A stretch of DNA of 64,000 nucleotides, taken from NCBI GenBank assembly GCA_963422735.1, contig OY730476.1:2784001-2848000 (forward strand). The letters are read 5' to 3'. The position numbers and the translations under genes were made by a program. Source of the DNA: Candidatus Latescibacterota bacterium. GTDB lineage: Bacteria > Latescibacterota > UBA2968 > UBA8231. Each line of letters starts with the position of its first letter. The stretch's first letter is position 1. Under the pieces are notes generated by a model, which had not been told where the DNA came from, did not search any database, and saw only the letters and a list, made by a program, of their open reading frames with translations. Below, piece by piece: positions 19,628 to 29,877 of this stretch.

Positions 19628-20131
19628 CTATTTAGGGGGATAATATATTCCCATACCTTTATATCCACCTGTTGCTAGTTGCGCCGCATACTGCCAGCCC
19701 ATGTCCTCATGGTGTCGCTTGAGCTGAGCCTGGTGGTCCCAGCGTTCTGCCGACGTGTTTTCATGGAGCCACCAGATCAAATGCTTGAGCTCGCCAACCG
19801 TAACCCCATTCTGCTGCACGAGGCGCGAGACCATGCCGGCGTATAACCATCGTCGGTTCCAGCCGTTCCCAGTGTCTTCCAGCATCTGTATGCGCCCTAT
19901 GGCAGCACCCGGATTTTGCGATCGGGGCACAGCTATCTCGAATGGGATGGCCGTCGGGATGCGAAGACCCGAGTTCAGTCGCATCTTGCCGATCATTATG
20001 AGCTTCTTGGCTGTGTAGGTGAAGCCACCGTAGATCAGGTCGTGCTCGCCGGTCCACGCTCGCCAGACGCCGGCCTGACCGGATACGATAGAGCGGGATG
20101 CGCTGCCTAGCTCAATGGTGTATGCCTGCAT
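19628..20131 (-). CDS. Minor tail protein
   Basis: Position in tail operon; WTGEHDLIYGG and RWDHQAQLKRHHEDMGW typical of siphovirus tail-tip genes. Confidence 0.6.
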   Translation of the reverse strand: MQAYTIELGSASRSIVSGQAGVWRAWTGEHDLIYGGFTYTAKKLIMIGKMRLNSGLRIPTAIPFEIAVPRSQNPGAAIGRIQMLEDTGNGWNRRWLYAGMVSRLVQQNGVTVGELKHLIWWLHENTSAERWDHQAQLKRHHEDMGWQYAAQLATGGYKGMGIYYPPK

Positions 20132-20166
20132 CTAAGATTTGTTCGACGATAAAGTTTTATCACACA

Positions 20167-20760
20167 TCAAACCACTTCTTCGATCACCAGCGTCCAAGGA
20201 CCCATGTAGTCTGGCAGATAGACATTTTCGATGGGACGGATTACTCGGGCACGTATCTTGGTCGCTGGGGACAGCGCATCTTCCGCACCCAGTCTTAGAT
20301 TGGGCACGATGGTGATCTGGTCGGATGAGTTGCCCTCGACCACTTTGACCACGGACACCAGCCGGTTTGCTATGTTGGCATAGTGCCCCGCTTTGGCGTT
20401 GTGTTTTTTTAGAACGCCGGACAGCGTGAGCATTCCGTCTGTCGTAGTTGCTTTGCTGGTGTACGTCCCGCTCCATGATGGGCTATCGGGCTCGAAGGTT
20501 GGGAGTGGCAGGTTGATGTCGGCATGGTTGCTCTGACCTTGCAACGCATGAAGCCAAGCGGCGATGGCCCTCGCTCTGTCTCCGTTTTTCTGTATCGGAA
20601 TACGTATCCCGCCTTCAAACCGGTAGTACTGGTTGCCGCGCTCGTAGGTGTATCGCTGTCCTGTCACGGGGCTTACGTAGGCCGACTGGCCCGGTGTGGC
20701 TAGTCGCAGGTTGTAACGGTCTGGCGTCGCGCTCAGTGTGATAGTGGTTAGCTTTGCCAT
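20167..20760 (-). CDS. Distal tail (Dit-like) protein
   Basis: Immediately after tape measure; SPVTG motif; C-terminal LVIEEV. Confidence 0.55.
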   Translation of the reverse strand: MAKLTTITLSATPDRYNLRLATPGQSAYVSPVTGQRYTYERGNQYYRFEGGIRIPIQKNGDRARAIAAWLHALQGQSNHADINLPLPTFEPDSPSWSGTYTSKATTTDGMLTLSGVLKKHNAKAGHYANIANRLVSVVKVVEGNSSDQITIVPNLRLGAEDALSPATKIRARVIRPIENVYLPDYMGPWTLVIEEVV

Positions 20761-20762
20761 GG

Positions 20763-23572
20763 TTATGCGTATTCGCGTTGGGACGATGACGAATGATATA
20801 TTGGTGCTGATAAGTTGAGGCCCTCGGCTGCTTCCTGCACTCCTCCCCCGAAGTCTAGCTTCCCAGTGTCGATGAAGTCATATACTTGACCCAATAGGTT
20901 GTCAGTCACGCGGCGCATCGCTAGCTGAGATAGGCTTCTGGCCAAGTCCTGGACGACCTCGGACAGGCTACTGAAGCCTTGGGTGGCCTTCAGTAGAGTG
21001 TCGGCCAAGATGTCGGCGGTGCCCTTGAGCGTGTCGCGCCATTCCTGCGTCCGCTCGTCGGTCAGACGTATGCCGTCGGCCACTCCGCGCAGCTCTGCTA
21101 GTCGGGCCTGTATTATGTTCGTCTGATCTTGTTCTGGTTGGGAGAGGTCTCGTCCTTTTGCCTGACCCATTATTTCATGCAGTTCGGCTTGCAGATCGTT
21201 GATCTGCTCGTTAACCTCGGAAGCTTGGAGCCGTAGTTGCGCTGTTACGGGCACTTCGAGCGGTACGGCTTCGACTGGCATTGCGTCCAACCAATCATCT
21301 CTATCTAATAATTCCACGGCGTCTTGTATCAGTTTGTCCCGTTGCTGCTTCAGCTCTGGGGATAGCCCTTGTATTTCGCCTGTTTGAGCCTGTTCATTTC
21401 GCAGATTTGCGATATCGTCCTGAACATGACGTAGACGATCTAGCAAGGCTTGCACCTGATTTTCATCTTCAGTTGCCCCTTCAAAAGCTGTTGTGTCCGT
21501 CACCCCTGCGGCGGATAGCGTTTCTATCAGTTCGTCCTTGTTCGCTTGTATGGTTTCGGCTTGCTGTTGTAGGATATCTTGTAGTTGTCCGATCTGCACT
21601 GCGAAGTTTGTCAAGGGAGACACCCCCGACAGGTCGGCCAGTCCCAGCCTGTTGGTAGCCCGATCGACATCCTGCTGACGGCTAATATCGCTGAGCAGAT
21701 CGGCAGCGGACATCGCAGATTCTTTCGCTACTTTAGTCCTATTCGTCCACTCTTCCGTATCAAATTCCAGCACCGCCGCGGCGTCTTGTATCAGCTTGTG
21801 CAGTTGCTTCTTCTGCTCTGCGCTTGGCGCGGTTTCCTTATAGTCCCCTCTCAAATTTTTGAGATAGTCCCTCAACGGAGAAAGGCGACCTAGCAAGGCT
21901 TGTAACTGACCTTGCTCTTCAGCTACAGCCTGTTCAAAAGCGGTTGTATCCACCTTGGATTCGACTAGCTTTCCTCTCAGTTCGTCGCTGACCCTTTTCT
22001 GGTCGTCTAAGCGCTGTTGTATGACCTGTCGTAGGCTCTCGGCCTGTAGTGCGTAGTCTGTCTTCGAGGGTACCCCCGGCGGCTTGTACAGTCCCAGATC
22101 GCTGATAGCCTGATCGGTGGACTCGCGAAGCGAATATTGCTGAGTAGTTCAGTAGCGGGAACTGGGCCTGGTTGGGCGACCCTCTCGTTCAGTTCCCGCG
22201 CAAGCTCAGGGCTTATTACGACCGCTCTCTGAAAATTCAGTGCTCTACTCGGAGATACTTGTGCTTTCTCGCCACCTTTAAGGTCTGCTGCATTTATCCC
22301 TTGGGTTTTTATCCATTCTTCTAATTGCTCTTGGGTGTTGTTGGCCCGCATTGTGTATTCTGGCTTGGGGAACAAAGGCGGTTGTCCTGTCGGCCCGTGC
22401 GGTTGTCCTGTCGGCTCGTCCTCGCTCATAAGGAGGTCTTTAAGCCAAGCCGCTCCGGCGAAACCGCCAGCACCCTGTAACGCCTTACGACCAAATTTTC
22501 CTAATTCTCCTATGTTCCCGCTTTTACTAGATACTTTTGACGCTTTGTATGCATTGTAGGCCCATTTGCCAACACGAATGACCCTTCCAATACCGTGGTA
22601 GCTAGCCACGGCTAACAGTATGACGGCTAACAGTATGTCGGTTACAAAGTCTACCACTTGACGGCCTCGTTCCTCAGCCTCTCTTGGCGTACCTCCAAGT
22701 CCTGCGGGCGTCAGTTGCCCCAGCTTGCCAATGATCTCGACCACTCGGTCGAGGGCCCCCTTAAAGCCTGCCTCCAGTATAGGGGCCGCCTCGCGCAGCT
22801 TCGTCAGCATGTTCGATATGGGATCTTCTAGGTCGCCAAAGACGCGGAGCATGGACGTTTTGAACTCCATGGCGGTGGCGTGATATTCGCCTCGGACGCG
22901 TGCCAAGCCCTCTATCTGCTCGGCTTTCGCCTTCCGCTCGTCCGCCCTAAAAGCAGCCAGTCGTTGCTCGAAATCTGGTCGCGTGGCCGCAGCCAGAAGA
23001 GCTTTGGCGTCTTCCTCGCCGAAGATGGGGCGAGCGATGGCCTCGCGGCGACCCACATCCTCCATGGCGGCCAGCCGTTGCAGCATCTCGTCAAGCAGGT
23101 CTGTGGTGGGCCGTATCTTGCCTTGGGCGTCTTCGAGTTGTAGCCCGATCTCGCGGAAGAACTGGCCGCGCTCGGCGTCCGGCTCGACCCATGCCTCTCC
23201 TACGGACTCCACAAACGTCAGGATGGCTTCGGATACGTTATCGAGGTCGGCAGCGAAGACTTTGGCGTAGGCCTGCACATCATTGAGGGAGATGCGGCCT
23301 CGCACACTGAGAAGCTGTAGCTCCTCCCCGAGCATGGCCGCTTCGCGGGCGGCGGCCCCCAGCGAGAAGACCGCGGCACCAGCCGCCACCGAGCTCCACT
23401 GCTTCAGCGACTGGATGCCCTGCCGCACCCGGTCGTTGTACTGCTGTATGGCCCGCTGGTTGCGGCGCAGTTGTCGTCGCTGTTTCTCCAGCTCTGCGGC
23501 GGTGCGGCGCGACCCCTGTACGAACTGGGCGTAGCGAGCCTTTATGTTGGCAACCACTTCTGGGACAGCCAC
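20763..23572 (-). pseudogene. Tape measure protein, split by a frameshift near 22140
   Basis: Helical Ala/Gln/Glu-rich ORFs 22007-23572 and 20763-21953; the second frame stays open upstream to ~22148 (QQYSLRESTDQ...KVDTT). Confidence 0.75.
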
Positions 23573-23574
23573 GC

Positions 23575-23814
23575 TTAGCCTTGTTCCTTTCGATACGACC
23601 CGTAGAGGGCCGCTAGGTTACGCAGCCCTTCTATGCGCTTCTCTGGGTCGTTTTCCTCGTCGTCTTCGGGTTCTGATGTCTTAAGGAAAGCAGCCGCTAC
23701 CAGTGGGAAGGATGGGTAGCGAGCCAGATGACGCAGCCAGCCCTGGTACTCAACGTTGGGGAGCGCGTTGACTTGGGCTAGCGTGAGACCGAGGGCGCGA
23801 GCGACTAGGTAGGG
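23575..23814 (-). CDS. Tail assembly chaperone gpT-like extension (-1 frame of the upstream gene)
   Basis: PYLVARALGLTLAQVNALPNVEYQGWLR...; no own start; ends 2 nt before the tape measure start. Confidence 0.7.
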   Translation of the reverse strand, partial: PYLVARALGLTLAQVNALPNVEYQGWLRHLARYPSFPLVAAAFLKTSEPEDDEENDPEKRIEGLRNLAALYGSYRKEQG

Positions 23815-24167
23815 TCGTCGTTCTCGTCGTCCTCCTTCTGGTTACTCCGCTTGGGGCCGAAGCAGACCTCGCTGCACTTTTTAACCAGCGGGCCGTCCGC
23901 CCCACCCGTGCGCTGTATCAAGGCCCACGCCTGCTCGTCGCTCAGCTCGACCGCCGCCGCGACCCGAACGGTCTCGACGATGATGCCGTTTGTTCGGGCA
24001 CCAGCCTCTGGTGCTTCGCTGTCCAGTGCTTCCCACTGGCTCAGGATGCGGTCCGCTTCGGACTTGGACGGGTAGCGCAAGGGGATGGGTACGCCCTCGG
24101 CGGTCTCGTAGGGCGGCGGCTGCGACTCGATCAGGGCGATCAATTCTTGAGTAGGTGTTTCTTTCAT
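23805..24167 (-). CDS. Tail assembly chaperone gpG-like
   Basis: Between tail tube and tape measure; AAGGAG RBS; acidic end ...DDENDDPT. Confidence 0.7.
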   Translation of the reverse strand: MKETPTQELIALIESQPPPYETAEGVPIPLRYPSKSEADRILSQWEALDSEAPEAGARTNGIIVETVRVAAAVELSDEQAWALIQRTGGADGPLVKKCSEVCFGPKRSNQKEDDENDDPT

Positions 24168-24175
24168 GGGACTCC

Positions 24176-24826
24176 TTATCCGCCAATGACGGGCAGTGCG
24201 ACGTGCGTTATGGGTTGGATGCCGATCGTGATGGAAGTACTGTCTTCGCTGAACGACGGCACGATAGGCCCCGTGATGACCGCATTGAAGGACCACGTCA
24301 TGGACGGCACCAGGACCTTGTAGTTGCTTGTGGCGCTGACGTCGCTTGCTGGTTTCTCGACCTTTATCGTCTTCCCGTCCACCTCGATGATAGGGTGGTA
24401 CTTAGACTTCGCCTTGATGACGGCTCCGACGAATGCTTCTCCGTGGTCGCCATTGGGGCCTGATGAGTCCGCGAAGGTACACTCCCCACTGCTCGAGATG
24501 GCGATCGTTGCCCCTTGGGTGCTTAGTGCCGAGAAGAGCTCGACGGCCTTCGTAACGATCTTGATGCTTTTTAACTTGCCGTCGATCCAGCTATCATACA
24601 TCTCGCTCCACACATCCAGCGCGAAGGACGGGTTGAAATCCGCACTATAGCTGGGAATGTCGCCGGACGTTGTTATGACCTGCACCCCGTCGAAGTCGCG
24701 GATATTGCTGACGTTGCGCTCGCCGCCGGACGACGTCAGAGACCGTAGGCCGGGCACACGTACCCCCCCTACTTTGAAGTCCATGTGCGCGGTCGGGATG
24801 GTGGCTGGGGACAGTTTCTTGGCCAT
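24176..24826 (-). CDS. Major tail (tube) protein
   Basis: Position, size and beta-rich composition (GLRSLTSSGGER..., TWSFNAVIT). Confidence 0.65.
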   Translation of the reverse strand: MAKKLSPATIPTAHMDFKVGGVRVPGLRSLTSSGGERNVSNIRDFDGVQVITTSGDIPSYSADFNPSFALDVWSEMYDSWIDGKLKSIKIVTKAVELFSALSTQGATIAISSSGECTFADSSGPNGDHGEAFVGAVIKAKSKYHPIIEVDGKTIKVEKPASDVSATSNYKVLVPSMTWSFNAVITGPIVPSFSEDSTSITIGIQPITHVALPVIGG

Positions 24827-24836
24827 TGTTTTTTCT

Positions 24837-25316
24837 CTATCCGATAAGGCTGCGCGTGGCAGCCGAGTTCGTGCGACCGAGGTCGTCTATCGCCTTGGCC
24901 ATGCTACGACATAGGGCGTCTTCGATGGCTTCGACCGTCACATTCGATTGCAAAGCCTTCTCGACAAAGCGATTGGCGCGGATGCGCCCAGTGCGGCCTC
25001 CGCTTTTCTTGCGCCGCCGCGGCACCGTGCCCAGCGTCTGAAGGTGCGTGTGCGGGGCACCGACCAGCAGGCCGATGCGTCGCTCGCCAGCCACCTGCAC
25101 CCGCTGGCTCCGGCCCGTCTTGTCTGCCTTGCCACGCAGCCGCCGACGAAGCAGGCCGGTGCGCACGGGTGCGCCGTGCCGCGCTTCCTTAGCGGCAGCA
25201 CGAGCCACCCGCACACCCGCTTGGCCGTATGCGTGATCCGCAAAGCGCGGGGTGTCCAGCTCGTTCAGCAGACCGATCAGTTCCTCTAGGCCTAGCAGTT
25301 CGAGGTCAAGTTCCAT
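24837..25316 (-). CDS. HK97 gp10-like tail component
   Basis: LLGLEEL, APVRTGLLRR, HLQTLGT, RIRANRFVEKA. Confidence 0.75.
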   Translation of the reverse strand: MELDLELLGLEELIGLLNELDTPRFADHAYGQAGVRVARAAAKEARHGAPVRTGLLRRRLRGKADKTGRSQRVQVAGERRIGLLVGAPHTHLQTLGTVPRRRKKSGGRTGRIRANRFVEKALQSNVTVEAIEDALCRSMAKAIDDLGRTNSAATRSLIG

Positions 25317-25429
25317 CGTGTCGCCTGTGATTGGGGAGTACTAGGAATAATCAGGAAAACTGTCTTTTTTGGCAAGGTGTCCCAAGTCGTCAGCAGCTTA
25401 GCTGAGGACCGCCAATCTTTTTGTCTCGG

Positions 25430-25490
25430 TGATAAAATTCTATCATTTTATACTGGATGATACGGAGGTGCTTCGTAGGTTGTAGGTATG
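25430..25490 (+). promoter_or_regulatory. Repeated promoter, copy 3 (degenerate)
   Basis: gataaaattctatcattttatact...gcttcgTAGGTTgtaggtATG aligns with copies 1 and 2. Confidence 0.45.
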
Positions 25491-25631
25491 GAAACCAACG
25501 GCGGCAAATGGATCAGGCCAGACAAGCGGTTGGCCAGTGTCCCCCGACCCGTGGCGCGACGAGGCCCGACAGGCCGACACGGAGGCCGCCAATCCTCCAT
25601 CCCTTTTTCCACCCCAGAAGGAGTCAGATCC

Positions 25632-26276
25632 ATGAAAACTTGCTTGGTCGTTGGGGCGCACCCCGACGACATGGAGCTCGGATGCTGCGCCACCGTCCTC
25701 AACTTGATCGAGCGGGAGTGGGATGTGTGGTCGTTGGCCTTGGCGGACAACACGTTGACAGTCGTCGGTCAGGGCTTCGATGACTGTCATTTTCAGGCGG
25801 AGCGGCAGGAGGCCGCTCAGGTGCTGGGCATCCCGCAGGATCGCTTGCTGACGCACCGCTTCCCGGTGCGCGACTTCCCAGCACACCGGCAGGATATTCT
25901 GGAGCACCTATACAAGATGGTGCGCGACATGGAGCCAGAGATGGTTTTGTGTCCCTCGTCCACCGACATCAATCAGGATCACTTGGTCGTCTATGAGGAG
26001 ACCGTCCGGGCCTGCACGGGCATACCCTGCTCGATATTTGGGTACTACCTGCCGTGGAACAACCGGCAGGTTGGCCTCACCTTCTTCTCCTCTTTCACCG
26101 AGAAGTACATGTCCTTGAAGGAGGAGGCGCTGGCTTGCTATCGCTCCCAGGCCCACCGGCCATACATGCGGCCCGGGGCCGCCCGGGCTTTTGCGCAAAC
26201 GATGGGCACGTGCAGCTATGTCCTCCCGTTGGCCGAGCCGTTGGAGCCCATCCGGTGCATGTTGAGTGCATCATAG
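25632..26276 (+). CDS. PIG-L / LmbE family deacetylase
   Basis: GAHPDDMELG, RQDIL, DINQDH, K..AL.CYRSQ. Confidence 0.9.
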   Translation: MKTCLVVGAHPDDMELGCCATVLNLIEREWDVWSLALADNTLTVVGQGFDDCHFQAERQEAAQVLGIPQDRLLTHRFPVRDFPAHRQDILEHLYKMVRDMEPEMVLCPSSTDINQDHLVVYEETVRACTGIPCSIFGYYLPWNNRQVGLTFFSSFTEKYMSLKEEALACYRSQAHRPYMRPGAARAFAQTMGTCSYVLPLAEPLEPIRCMLSAS

Positions 26277-26360
26277 GGATCGCCTTGAACGCGTCGCCCG
26301 GAGGTACGCCAGCAACCGCGATGCCGCCGCGGCCTTGGGCATTCATCCGAGCAGCCGATG
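26266..26360 (+). pseudogene. Remnant of a small HTH protein
   Basis: RDRLERVARRYASNRDAAAALGIHPSS resembles the first half of an HTH and then degenerates. Confidence 0.3.
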
Positions 26361-26416
26361 CCTAGTTTCAGGCTTGCCCTTGCCAAGAGGGTGCTATCAT
26401 TGTTACATTATTAAGC

Positions 26417-27043
26417 ATGATGCACACGATAGCACTTGTTTCTCAGAAAGGCGGTAGCGGCAAGACGACGCTGGCGGTGGCCCTCGCGGTTGCGCACGAG
26501 CTGGCGGGCGGTTCTTCGGTGGTGATCGATCTAGACCCGCAAGGGTCGGCGGGGGTGTGGAGCGATCTTCGGGGCGACCTTACACCGGTAGTAGTAGCGG
26601 CTCACCCGCCTAGGCTAGCACGGTCGCTCAATGCAGCCCGTACCGCGGGGGCGTCGCTAGCGGTGATCGACATGGCCCCTCGGGAAGCGGGCGGTGCGGT
26701 AGAAGCAGCCCGGTGTTCGGATTTGGTACTGGTGCCGTGCCGGCCGTCGGCGGTGGACTTGGCAGCCATCCCAGCCAGCCTAGCCGTGGCCCAGCTGGCG
26801 GAGACGGCGGTGGCCGTGGTACTGAACGCGGTTCCTCCCCGCGGGGATTTGGCGGCGCAAGCAGTGGAAGCCGTTCAAGGCTTCGGGGCGATAGCGACTC
26901 CAGTGACGATCGGGACGCGGGTGGCGCATGTTAGGGCGTTCACATCTGGGAGGACAGCCCAAGAGACCGAACCCCGCTCCGTGGCGGCTGCCGAGGTTGA
27001 AGCCCTGTACCAATGGATTTTCACGAAAGACTGGAGACTATGA
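26417..27043 (+). CDS. parA: ParA family (short, plasmid-type) ATPase
   Basis: SQKGGSGKTT, IDLDPQGS, VID, VLVPCRPS. Confidence 0.9.
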   Translation: MMHTIALVSQKGGSGKTTLAVALAVAHELAGGSSVVIDLDPQGSAGVWSDLRGDLTPVVVAAHPPRLARSLNAARTAGASLAVIDMAPREAGGAVEAARCSDLVLVPCRPSAVDLAAIPASLAVAQLAETAVAVVLNAVPPRGDLAAQAVEAVQGFGAIATPVTIGTRVAHVRAFTSGRTAQETEPRSVAAAEVEALYQWIFTKDWRL

Positions 27044-27264
27044 AGAAGCAGACGACGCTTGCGGACGCCATGCAGCGGGCCACGAGCGAGCCGAAGACGA
27101 CGTCAAGGGTCGCCCCGTCCCGGCGCGGTAAGAAGGCCGTGGTCCTATACGTCGAACCGGAGCTGGCGAAGCGGCTAAAGGTGCTCGCAGCCGAGAACGA
27201 GACGACCATCCATGCTCTCGGCTTGAAAGCCCTTGACCTCTTGTTTGAGCAACTGGAGGTATGA
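27040..27264 (+). CDS. Ribbon-helix-helix partition partner (ParG-like)
   Basis: PSRRGKKAVVLYV...KRLKVLAAE...ALDLLF; ATGA overlap with parA. Confidence 0.75.
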   Translation: MKKQTTLADAMQRATSEPKTTSRVAPSRRGKKAVVLYVEPELAKRLKVLAAENETTIHALGLKALDLLFEQLEV

Positions 27265-27357
27265 TAAAAGATGCATCATAATGTGCATGGTATCATATAG
27301 CCAAAAGGAGTCTCTCCGTAAGATGTGTTTTGCTCCGAAAACTATCGGACTCGACCC

Positions 27358-28452
27358 ATGTCCCAGCTAAAATACCTGACCGTCCGCGGCTTCAAGTCCA
27401 TCCGCACGCTCGAAGATTTCGAGTTGCGGCCATTGAATGTGCTGCTCGGCGCCAACGGGGCTGGCAAGAGCAACTTCATCGGTCTGTTCCGCATGCTGGC
27501 CGAGTTGACCGAACAGCGCCTGCAACGATTCGTCGTCGAGCAGGACGGCCCGGACGCGCTGCTGTTCGGCGGACGCAGGCAAACGGCCAGTCTGGATGCG
27601 GAATTCGTCTTCGGGAGAAACGGCTACGGCTTCTCCCTCGTGCCGGCAGGCAACGGCCTGATCTTCGATCGGGAGGAGACGGTTTTTTTCGATGATTTAC
27701 GTCCAAAGGTAGAACACGCGCTGGGGAGCGGCCATCGGGAAGCGCTTCTGCCGGACAGGGTCGACGACGACACCTTCGCCTCGTATGTCCTGCCAGCCAT
27801 TCAAGGCTGGCGCATCTATCACCTTCACGATACCAGCGCATCAGCGCCCGCGCGGCAGGCATCGGCAGTGCGGGACAACCTTCGCTTGAAGCCGGACGCG
27901 GGGAATCTGGCACCGTTCCTGCGTCGTCTGCGGGAACGGCATGCGGCGCACTATCAACGCATTGTTCGCACTGTGCGCTTGGTCGCGCCTTTCTTTGGAG
28001 ACGTTGTCTACCGCAAGGAACCGGGGGAGCGTATTGAACTCGAGTGGTCGGAAACGAACGACCCGGATACTGTGCGCGGCCCGCGCCAGCTCTCCGACGG
28101 CACCCTGCGCTTCATCTGCCTGATGACGCTGCTTCTGCAACCGGCCCATCTGCAACCGGATACCATCCTCATCGACGAACCCGAGCTCGGGCTGCATCCT
28201 TACGCGCTGGCTGTGCTCGGCGCCCTGCTGCGGCAGGCCAGCGAAACGAAGCAGCTCATCGTCGCCACGCAATCGGTGGAACTGGTCCACGAGTTGGCAC
28301 CGGAGGATGTGGTGGTGGTCGATCGCGAAAACGGCACGTCCGTGTTCGAACGGCTGGATTCGGAACGCTTGGGCGAATGGCTGAAGGACTACGCGCTGGG
28401 CGATCTGTGGAAGATGAATATCCTCGGCGGGAGGCCAAGGCGCGATGGTTGA
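27358..28452 (+). CDS. AAA_21 / ABC-type ATPase
   Basis: GFKSI, GANGAGKSN, LSDGTLRF, IDEPELGLHP, ATQS. Confidence 0.9.
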   Translation: MSQLKYLTVRGFKSIRTLEDFELRPLNVLLGANGAGKSNFIGLFRMLAELTEQRLQRFVVEQDGPDALLFGGRRQTASLDAEFVFGRNGYGFSLVPAGNGLIFDREETVFFDDLRPKVEHALGSGHREALLPDRVDDDTFASYVLPAIQGWRIYHLHDTSASAPARQASAVRDNLRLKPDAGNLAPFLRRLRERHAAHYQRIVRTVRLVAPFFGDVVYRKEPGERIELEWSETNDPDTVRGPRQLSDGTLRFICLMTLLLQPAHLQPDTILIDEPELGLHPYALAVLGALLRQASETKQLIVATQSVELVHELAPEDVVVVDRENGTSVFERLDSERLGEWLKDYALGDLWKMNILGGRPRRDG

Positions 28453-29134
28453 GGTAATCGTCGTCTGCGAAGGCCGGGCCGAGGAGACCTTTGTGCGTGA
28501 GGTGCTAGGCGCAGAGCTTGCGCACCGGAGTGTGTTTCTCCAGCCGCGATTGATGACGACCTCCCCGGGGCATCGCGGCGGTGCGCTCAGCCGCGACAGG
28601 GTCGTGCGCTATCTGTGTACTACGTTGCGAGAACGCCGGGATGTCTATGTCACCACGCTGTTCGATCTGTACGGCTTGCCTAGCGGTTTTCCTGGACAAG
28701 GCAGCTCCGACGGAAAGGCCGACCCCATCGAACGCGCGGCATCCATCGAGCAGGACTTGCATGAAATCGTGGTGCAGAGCGCCAAATGCCGACCAGACCG
28801 ATTTCTGCCCCACATTCAGCCCCACGAGTTCGAATCCCTTCTCTTTTCCGACGTCGCACAATTCGCGGAAGTAGAACCGGACTGGCAGTCCTTCTTGGGC
28901 GTATTGCGGAACGTCCAACAAACGGCCCCAAGCCCGGAACACATCAACGACGGTCAGGATACGCACCCTTCGGCTCGCTTAAGGCAAGTGTTGGGCGCTT
29001 CATACCAAAAAGTATTGCACGGCGCCGCCGTATCGGCCCAAATCGGCCTCGAACGCATTCGTGCCGAGTGCCGTCATTTCAGAGAATGGCTGACCCGGTT
29101 GGAAGAACTCCCTCCGCTGCGCGAGGACAACTAG
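28445..29134 (+). CDS. DUF4276-like (TOPRIM-fold) protein
   Basis: VCEGRAEETF, DLYGLP, HEFESLLF, PEHINDG..HPSARL, YQKVLHG, C.HF..W. Confidence 0.85.
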   Translation: MVEVIVVCEGRAEETFVREVLGAELAHRSVFLQPRLMTTSPGHRGGALSRDRVVRYLCTTLRERRDVYVTTLFDLYGLPSGFPGQGSSDGKADPIERAASIEQDLHEIVVQSAKCRPDRFLPHIQPHEFESLLFSDVAQFAEVEPDWQSFLGVLRNVQQTAPSPEHINDGQDTHPSARLRQVLGASYQKVLHGAAVSAQIGLERIRAECRHFREWLTRLEELPPLREDN

Positions 29135-29136
29135 CT

Positions 29137-29226
29137 ATGCCATCAATTTCAGAATCCGTTGTGGAGGAAGCGGCCCTGAACTGGTTCCGCGCCTTGGGCT
29201 ACACGCTGCTTGCGGGCACGGACACG
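29137..29226 (+). pseudogene. N-terminal stub of type I restriction endonuclease HsdR
   Basis: MPSISESVVEEAALNWFRALGY, then similarity is lost. Confidence 0.55.
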
Positions 29227-29282
29227 GCGAAACGCCGCCGTCTATCCGGGCGATTTCGTGTGTGCCGACTCGCTCCATCCGG

Positions 29283-29555
29283 CCCGTCTCGCTGGCCGAC
29301 TTCGACTTGGTTTGGGCGTCGCCGCTCGGCTACGTTACAACGAGGCGGCCCTGCGGCGGCGGCACGCCATCCCGATCTAATCCCCCAGACCCGCGCCCTG
29401 TTGGCTCCCCATCCGTTCACGATCATCGAGAATGTGCCCCGTGCGCCGATTCGTGCCGACGTGGTGTTGACCGGGCCGATGGTATTACTATCCGCGTCGC
29501 CGCGCTGGGCTTCCGGGTAAGGTGCCTATCAAGGAGGCGCGGGCGGTGAAAGGTG
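29283..29555 (+). pseudogene. Remnant of phage-type DNA cytosine-5 methyltransferase
   Basis: FDLVWASP, frameshift, then HPDLIPQTRALL...IIENVPRAP...LTGPM; catalytic PC missing. Confidence 0.6.
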
Positions 29556-29877
29556 CGATGACGCACTGCGGGGTTCACTGGAACTGTCGGCGGACGAGGT
29601 GGGTTTCAATAGGCTCCCCTGGCCGAAGCAAGGGGCGACACAACCAATCTCAATTTTCTCGCAACCATCTCAAGGCCGGGGTCGAGCATCTACTCTCCTT
29701 AGAAAGGCAACAGTCCCTGTTCCCCCCTAGGGAGAGAGCATGAAGAAATTCAAAGAGGTGTTGTCGATTCTCTTTCTGCTGTACAGCCTAGTCGTCATCG
29801 CCCATCATCTGGCGCGTTTCCTGTCCCCGTGAGACGCGGCTAGATGCTGGACAGGATGACTGTCTCCACTGGGGCTG

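Noticed and set aside
14964-23815. Diversity-generating retroelement TR/VR pair
   Set aside because: No reverse transcriptase in the window; mismatches in the 48-bp pair are not adenine-specific.
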